Shown here: in pieces, positions 49,201-54,817 of the stretch
How the letters are laid out: each line of letters begins with the position of its first letter
Position numbering within the stretch: the stretch's first letter is position 1
DNA from: a virus
Lineage: Duplodnaviria; Caudoviricetes
DNA: 54,817 nt
Virus record (IMG/VR): IMGVR_UViG_3300005403_000166
Coordinates: 1 to 54,817 of that record
Reading direction: 5' to 3' (one strand)
Made by a program: the position numbers and the translations under genes
The notes under the pieces: generated by a model
Databases searched by the model: none
The model's input: the letters and a program-made list of their open reading frames with translations, nothing else
What the model was told of the DNA's origin: nothing

Positions 49201-51864
49201 CTGGGTGATCTCAACTCTGCCGGAATAAGTGCCAACACATTTTGCGGAAATGTCTCCGACGCAATTAAGGGATTTTCATGGGCAGACGTAGGAACCGCCG
49301 TTAACTCTCTCATTACTTCTGGATTGAATACTGCGGTTGATGTTTCCGGGTTCATATCATCGATAAAATCAGAACTTTTATCCGGGGATTGGGAATCAAT
49401 AGGATCGGGTATCAAGGACTTACTCACAAATGGAGTTTTATCACATGGATGGGCTGGTTCATTTATCCGGGCTGGAGAGAATGGAGTCCAGGAGTATATA
49501 GATGATACCAAAGAACAATACAAATCTCTTGCAACAAAGAATAGCCCCCTATTAGCATCAAATTCGAACAACAGGGATACATCTTCCTGGTCATGGGTTT
49601 CAGGTCCATCAGCATCAGAGATAAAAGCAGCAGTTCAGTCCGGAGCCCAATCCGGAACATCAGCGGGAGTTCAGGAAGCAGCCAAATCAACAACAGCAGC
49701 AGCCGGGAAGTATTCCGGTGCTGATATTGACGCTATTGCTAAAGCAAAAGATTGGGATGTATCTACGGTCCAAGCCCTCGCAGCAAAGGGATCCAACTTT
49801 GATGCTGTCCTGGCATCTGCAAAGAAATCTGTAGATGAGAATTCCGAAGCAACCGATGATGATACTGCAGCCACAAAGGAACTATCGAACTCGAAAAAGA
49901 CTGCTGCCAAGAAGTATTCTTCCCTATCAGAAGCTGAGGCTGCTGCAGCCAAGGCCGGGAAGAAATCCCTAACCTATGATGATCAGTCCTATTCTGCAAT
50001 ATGGAACGATGACACTGGATCTTATGAATGGGTCCTGAATGACCTACAGTCACAAGCCGAGAGGCAGAAGGCTAAAATTGCCGATAAAGCCTCTTCTACC
50101 TTAAACAAGGTAAATGATACAGTTACCTCCAAATATGCTGATTACCTAGACTCATATAATGATGCAGTAACCAAGGCTACTACGGTAAGAGACCAGCAGA
50201 TCAGTTACCTCAATCCTACGAGTAAAAATTATCAGACCCAACTCAACCGGATTACCGATTCCTACAATAATAAAGTCTCATCTGCTATCGATAGTTTCCA
50301 GGATAGCGTCAACAAACTGAATGGAAAATATGGCACTTCTCTTTCAACTGATGTTAACTCTGCCAGTAAATCTCTTGCCGATTATTCGAGTTCAACTAAG
50401 TCCTCAGCATCAGCAACCGAGTCTGCAACAAAGGCACAAAAGACTCAAGTTGGTATAGTAGATACATCATCTTCAGCGATAGATACCCAGACCGCAGCCA
50501 TAAAATCTTCAACAGATGCAGTTACCGGGTTTACGGATAAGTTAGGATCTACAGATATCTCCTCAGCAATCAGTAAGTTATTTTCTCCAGAAGAAGGGCC
50601 AGGAGCGGTCGCTAGAGACAAAGGAGATTCACAGATATACGGAATGGCCACCGGTTATGATGCATCATTCTACCAAAAAGCAATTGATTCAGCAGTTAAA
50701 AGCGCTGTCGATGCAAGTATCAAAGCATCAATAAACTCTGGATATTCCAACGGGCAGATGTCCTACGATATGGAGCAGATGATATACACCATCCTCCGTA
50801 ACTATCCAGGAGCATCGTGGCAGAGTAATTCAGAGGTTCGGGGCCTAACTAATAGTTATCTCTCGTACTACTCGTCTGATGAGTATATCGACTCAATCCG
50901 GAATGGAACAACCAATACACAATCATACGCAGACGCCGTCGATAAGTCCGGATCATCAACCGAGACCGCATCAAAAGGCATCCTTACATTCTCCGATGCA
51001 GTAGACGCTGCCGGGAACAAAGCCACAAATGCCGCCTCTAAAATAACAACCGGATCCAGTATCTCACCGTCCGGGTCTGAATATACTGCCCGATCATGGG
51101 TAGGTAAGTACTCGCCAGATACCTCTGTACCAGTATCAAAACTCTCCAACTCTGCATATAACAACCAGAATGTAGCCGGATCAGCTAAGGCTGTTGATCT
51201 GAACTCTGACAATATTCACTGCGTATTCAGCGATTCAACGGTCAAACTCCCGGACACTGCAGTCAGTAAGATAGGCACGGACCTCAGCTCTGCCAACAAG
51301 TCCTGCATAGAACAGGTCAACCAATCCAGGGGCTTGAATTCTCTGACCAGCGTCGATACCGGGCAGATTATAGAGAAAACGTCTCAACTTTCTGATTATT
51401 CTTCTGCCCTGCAGAACACCGGATCAATCCTCAGCTCAACAATCCCGACCGTTAGTCAGAACCTTGATTCAGTCGGTCAGTCCCTTGAAAATCTGGCATC
51501 AGCAGCCGGTGTTGCTGTGTCACAGATTAACGATGCCATCTCCAGGGCCAACTCAATCCTCTCCTCTGCTATAAGTTCAGTAAACAACCTCCAGTCAGGA
51601 GAATTCTCCGGGCCACAAACCACAACCCAGAAGTTCGCCACCGGGGGTCCTGTGACCGAGACCGGGAAGGCCGATGTCGAGGCAGGTGAGTGGATCCTTC
51701 GCCGGGACCAGGTCAGAAACCTCCAGACTGGTGGAGGAAACACAATTCAACTGATTACAAACATGCAAGGCAGTAAATTCGGAGATCCAGAATTGTCAAA
51801 AGACTTACCCCAAAAGATTGCACGACAGAACATTTTGCGCCTTAAAAGGGCAGGATTTGCTTAA
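46246..51864 (+). CDS. Tail tape measure protein, 1872 aa, in-frame TAG at codon 16 (46291-46293)
   Basis: MADERLSILLSVQIG*GLADL... open to ORF 46588; TP901-type core (STPFSPSQVA, SLKYAG, GVKGSQAGT); FATGG near the C-terminus. Confidence 0.9.
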
Positions 51865-51866
51865 CC

Positions 51867-52022
51867 ATGACAGATGATCTAATTCAAGCTGAAAACACTC
51901 CAAAAACTATGGTGAGTTTTGACGTATGTCAGGCTGCCGGGCAACCCACCATCAGACATGAATTTGAGGTCACCCCGAAGGGCTTGAAACGCATCGGGGA
52001 ACCAAGGGAGGTAACAGAGTAA
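51867..52022 (+). CDS. 51-aa hypothetical tail-region protein (absent from the ORF track)
   Basis: Fills the gap between TMP and the next gene. Confidence 0.45.
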   Translation: MTDDLIQAENTPKTMVSFDVCQAAGQPTIRHEFEVTPKGLKRIGEPREVTE

Positions 52023-52418
52023 ATGGCAGACGTAGACTTTAGCAACGCATTCCTGAAGGATTTTGCAAAATACTTTGCAAATTACAAATACATCGCTCTC
52101 GATGCAAGCTCGACCGCTTACGACAAAGAAACGCAGTCCGGTCCACTATCTGAGATCACAACAAATGGAGCTACACGGGCAGCAGCAGACACCTCATTCG
52201 ATGCCGACACTGGTGTCCTGACTATGTCAAAGCGATTCGTCTTTACTGGACCGGCTCCTGCAAAAGGTGTGGTACCGATGAACTCCCCTACTCCAGGTCA
52301 GGGGGTCGGAATGTATCGATATCTCCCTCCTGCAGGGGTTCTCCCGGATGCGGGGTTCGACGCAGGGGGGTCTCTCCTGGTGAACATCCAGTGTAGTAAC
52401 GTTAGGGCGACAGCATGA
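52023..52418 (+). CDS. Tail-tip/fibre-associated protein
   Basis: GGAGGT RBS; YIAL...LSEI...RA...FVFTG pattern. Confidence 0.6.
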   Translation: MADVDFSNAFLKDFAKYFANYKYIALDASSTAYDKETQSGPLSEITTNGATRAAADTSFDADTGVLTMSKRFVFTGPAPAKGVVPMNSPTPGQGVGMYRYLPPAGVLPDAGFDAGGSLLVNIQCSNVRATA

Positions 52419-53941
52419 GTCAGCAGGTGATGTATCCAGGGAAGGATGGTTCCCCACAGACAACAACCCTAGCGGTTCTCTCTGAAAGTGCCACATCAGT
52501 GAGTATCACTGAGATGGCCTGTTACCCAGTTATTGGATCAGAAGGGGGCAATATCATCGTTTTCTACGATGATAACGGGAACTGGGAGCGATGTATCTAC
52601 TCGGTAAAGTCCGTTGCATCAGGGAACGGGTCTCTCACGATTGCCCGGTCTGGTAACGGGTGGGCTTCATCGTCAGGTAGCCCGATCGAATGGCCAGCCG
52701 GGACAAAATGCGGTCGTAATTATACTGGGTATGATTATGAAGCTACTCGGAAAAACATCCTTGACCATGAAACTAGGATCGAAGCAAATGAAACAGCAAT
52801 CTCTCAAAATGGCGCCGCAATAGAGTCAAACACATTGGCGATATCTGAAACCGGATCTAATATTGCGACAGTTTCTGATAGTCTCTCAGCACATACAGAA
52901 AATACATCAAATCCCCATGCCGTTACCCCTGCTCAAATAGGCGCCTCACTAAACGAGAATCTCATAATTAATGGGGGGTTTGACATCTGGCAGAGGGGAG
53001 TTCTCTTCAATTCCACATCCTGGAGACCCAACTCAGACGACTCTTATCTTGAGGATCGATGGCTATTACTGTCAGATGGAAACAACGTTGTCACAGTTGA
53101 AAGGGCTGAATCCACCTTTGGAACCTCTCGATATTGTACTAAATGTGTGGTTGTAACAGCAACCAAGAAATTTGGGCGACTCGAGATCCTTTCTACCGAA
53201 GATACCATTCCACTTAGGGGGAAATCCTTATCATTGTCATTTAAGGCGCGTACGACCCCGGGGAAGGTAATCAATAACATTAGGGCAGCGATCCTCGAAT
53301 GGACAGGTACGGCAAACCAGGTAACATCTGACGTTGTTGCCTCATGGCCAGCAGCAGGATCCAATCCAATTTTGGCAACGTCATGGGCTGGATTGTATAC
53401 ATCTTCAAATCTCGTATTATCAACCAGCAATCAGACATTCAAAATTGAAAATGTAACCGTCGGTGCCAATGCGAACAATATTGGAGTATTTGTCTGGGTG
53501 GACGACGATGACTGCGCCATTGGAGACGAACTGTATTTCGGAGAAGTTAAGCTCGAAATAGGTGCTATAGCTACGCAATTTGTTCATCAAGATGACACCT
53601 CTCGGTGTAGTAAACATTTGTGGGGTATCGGCGGGATAACTACGCAGTATACCACGGTATTATCGGGAAGGATCAACTCTTCAGGGCTTTCGGGCATATT
53701 TCACCTTTTATTCTACGACAAACCTATGTTCTGCACCCCAAGTCTACTAACCTACGGCAGTTTTGGAGTTGATGGGCCGTCATGGAGGAGTGGTTTAACA
53801 TTTACTCTTCTTACAGGAGCGAATCCGAAATCTGTTTTAATCAACGCTGCATTTTCATCAGCTGTTACTGCTCTTGCTGCATGTGTATTGTCGACTGCAA
53901 CGACCACCGAATCTGGGGTTTTCCTGGAGGCTGAGATATGA
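52415..53941 (+). CDS. Tail fibre/receptor-binding protein with carbohydrate-binding-like module
   Basis: Coiled coil, NPHAVTPAQIG, NLIINGGFDIWQRG, VKLEIGAIATQF. Confidence 0.8.
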   Translation: MSQQVMYPGKDGSPQTTTLAVLSESATSVSITEMACYPVIGSEGGNIIVFYDDNGNWERCIYSVKSVASGNGSLTIARSGNGWASSSGSPIEWPAGTKCGRNYTGYDYEATRKNILDHETRIEANETAISQNGAAIESNTLAISETGSNIATVSDSLSAHTENTSNPHAVTPAQIGASLNENLIINGGFDIWQRGVLFNSTSWRPNSDDSYLEDRWLLLSDGNNVVTVERAESTFGTSRYCTKCVVVTATKKFGRLEILSTEDTIPLRGKSLSLSFKARTTPGKVINNIRAAILEWTGTANQVTSDVVASWPAAGSNPILATSWAGLYTSSNLVLSTSNQTFKIENVTVGANANNIGVFVWVDDDDCAIGDELYFGEVKLEIGAIATQFVHQDDTSRCSKHLWGIGGITTQYTTVLSGRINSSGLSGIFHLLFYDKPMFCTPSLLTYGSFGVDGPSWRSGLTFTLLTGANPKSVLINAAFSSAVTALAACVLSTATTTESGVFLEAEI

Positions 53942-54156
53942 CGAAAATATATACCAAAAATGGGGTTATTCAGTATATTATCACAAATACAGGATGTATA
54001 CCTGGGGATATCACAAACAGAAGTTATAGAAAGATAATGGCCCAGGATGCCATTACTCCTTTTGAGCGGATGGAGATCCCTGATCCAGTGGAGGAAGCCC
54101 CTCCAAGTCTCCAGGATCAGATCAACACTTTAGCTTATCTTTTGGGGGTTTCATGA
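53938..54156 (+). CDS. Tail fibre-associated small protein
   Basis: IPGDITNRSY motif; coupled. Confidence 0.55.
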   Translation: MTKIYTKNGVIQYIITNTGCIPGDITNRSYRKIMAQDAITPFERMEIPDPVEEAPPSLQDQINTLAYLLGVS

Positions 54157-54299
54157 TGGTTGCCCCAGAATATGTGAAAGAATCCTTGAAATACTGGTTT
54201 AAAACAGGAATAAAAGACTCTGTCTACATCAACTCACTCGTAACTGCTGGAAAACTCACTCAAGAAGAAGTTAATGAAATTTTAACCTCAATTGGGTGA
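54153..54299 (+). CDS. XkdX-like small protein, 48 aa (absent from the ORF track)
   Basis: LKYWFKTG...LVTAGKLTQEEVNEI. Confidence 0.55.
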   Translation: MMVAPEYVKESLKYWFKTGIKDSVYINSLVTAGKLTQEEVNEILTSIG

Positions 54300-54817
54300 T
54301 TATCCTGCGGTTTGATGTCGGGAAAGGGTTTGATATTGGACTATATGATAGAGTCCTGGTCAATTCTCTATCCTACAAAGGTCTTCAACTCCTTAAATGC
54401 GCAAACTGGGCAGAAGGTCCAAATCACGGGGGGATTCTCTCTGAATATGCCGTGGATGTATTCTGGGATTATGTCTCTGAATACGAGAATATCAACGGAG
54501 TGACAGATTACCGGAAAGCGTTTATCAAAAATTATGGGACAGGATCAACTGGCTCATGTGTCATCAGACCAGGGTTTGTCCTCCCTAATGACCTGGGGGG
54601 TAGGTTTAACGCTCAAATCGCTCTCGGAACAAACACCGACAATCTGACCACTGTGTTAAATAACTCTTCAGGATACACGTTCCTATCAGGATTATCGATA
54701 ACCATAGGACCTGGGGAGATTGTGCCGATCTGGGTTAAGCGGGTTGTAACTGCAGGTGGTTCCCCGGCAAAGTCGTATCTTAATCTTCAATTCTTCATCA
54801 CCGTCTCGGAGTCATAA
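54296..54817 (+). CDS. Putative virion structural protein
   Basis: DYRKAFIKN...IGPGEIVPIWVKRVV; GTGA-coupled. Confidence 0.55.
   Translation: MIILRFDVGKGFDIGLYDRVLVNSLSYKGLQLLKCANWAEGPNHGGILSEYAVDVFWDYVSEYENINGVTDYRKAFIKNYGTGSTGSCVIRPGFVLPNDLGGRFNAQIALGTNTDNLTTVLNNSSGYTFLSGLSITIGPGEIVPIWVKRVVTAGGSPAKSYLNLQFFITVSES

Larger units (their letters stand above)
1..54817. mobile_element. Integrated archaeal tailed virus (provirus), siphovirus-like; ends and att sites not visible in the window
   Basis: Integrase, repressor switch, MCM replication module, then terminase-portal-capsid-tail-tape measure in canonical order. Confidence 0.93.

Noticed and set aside
47280-51743. Multiple minus-strand ORFs opposite the tape measure gene (and opposite MCM, Hef, MCP)
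   Set aside because: Antisense shadows of long real genes, with no RBS or motifs.

Overview
The window is most of an integrated, tailed (siphovirus-like) archaeal provirus. MCM and Hef helicases, RHH regulators, TATA promoters and GGAGG/GAGGTG RBSs point to an archaeal host, probably a methanogen (inference). Gene order: tyrosine integrase (1-1203); a leftward early/accessory arm (1.3-11.5 kb); an RHH-based lysis/lysogeny switch with ATACANTGTAA operators (11.3-12.1 kb); a rightward replication arm with HNH, MCM, C5-methyltransferase and resolvase (12-24 kb); and a late head/tail region (24.4-54.8 kb) interrupted by accessory genes. Two systems stand out. (1) Amber recoding: an archaeal tRNA-Gln-like gene with anticodon CTA (26232-26303), plus exactly one in-frame TAG early in each of six core virion genes (terminase large subunit, portal, protease/scaffold, major capsid, tail tube, tape measure). 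The ORF track therefore truncates or splits all six. (2) A solo Cas7/RAMP-like gene (44701-45276) followed by three non-CRISPR units, each a 9-nt anchor plus (DGY-NN)x10-11 pentamers, a candidate guide-RNA array. Other observations: a conserved late promoter, two structured ncRNA candidates, a probable -1 frameshift in the tail chaperone, and a small unknown domain present in four copies. All calls come from reading the sequence; no database searches were run.
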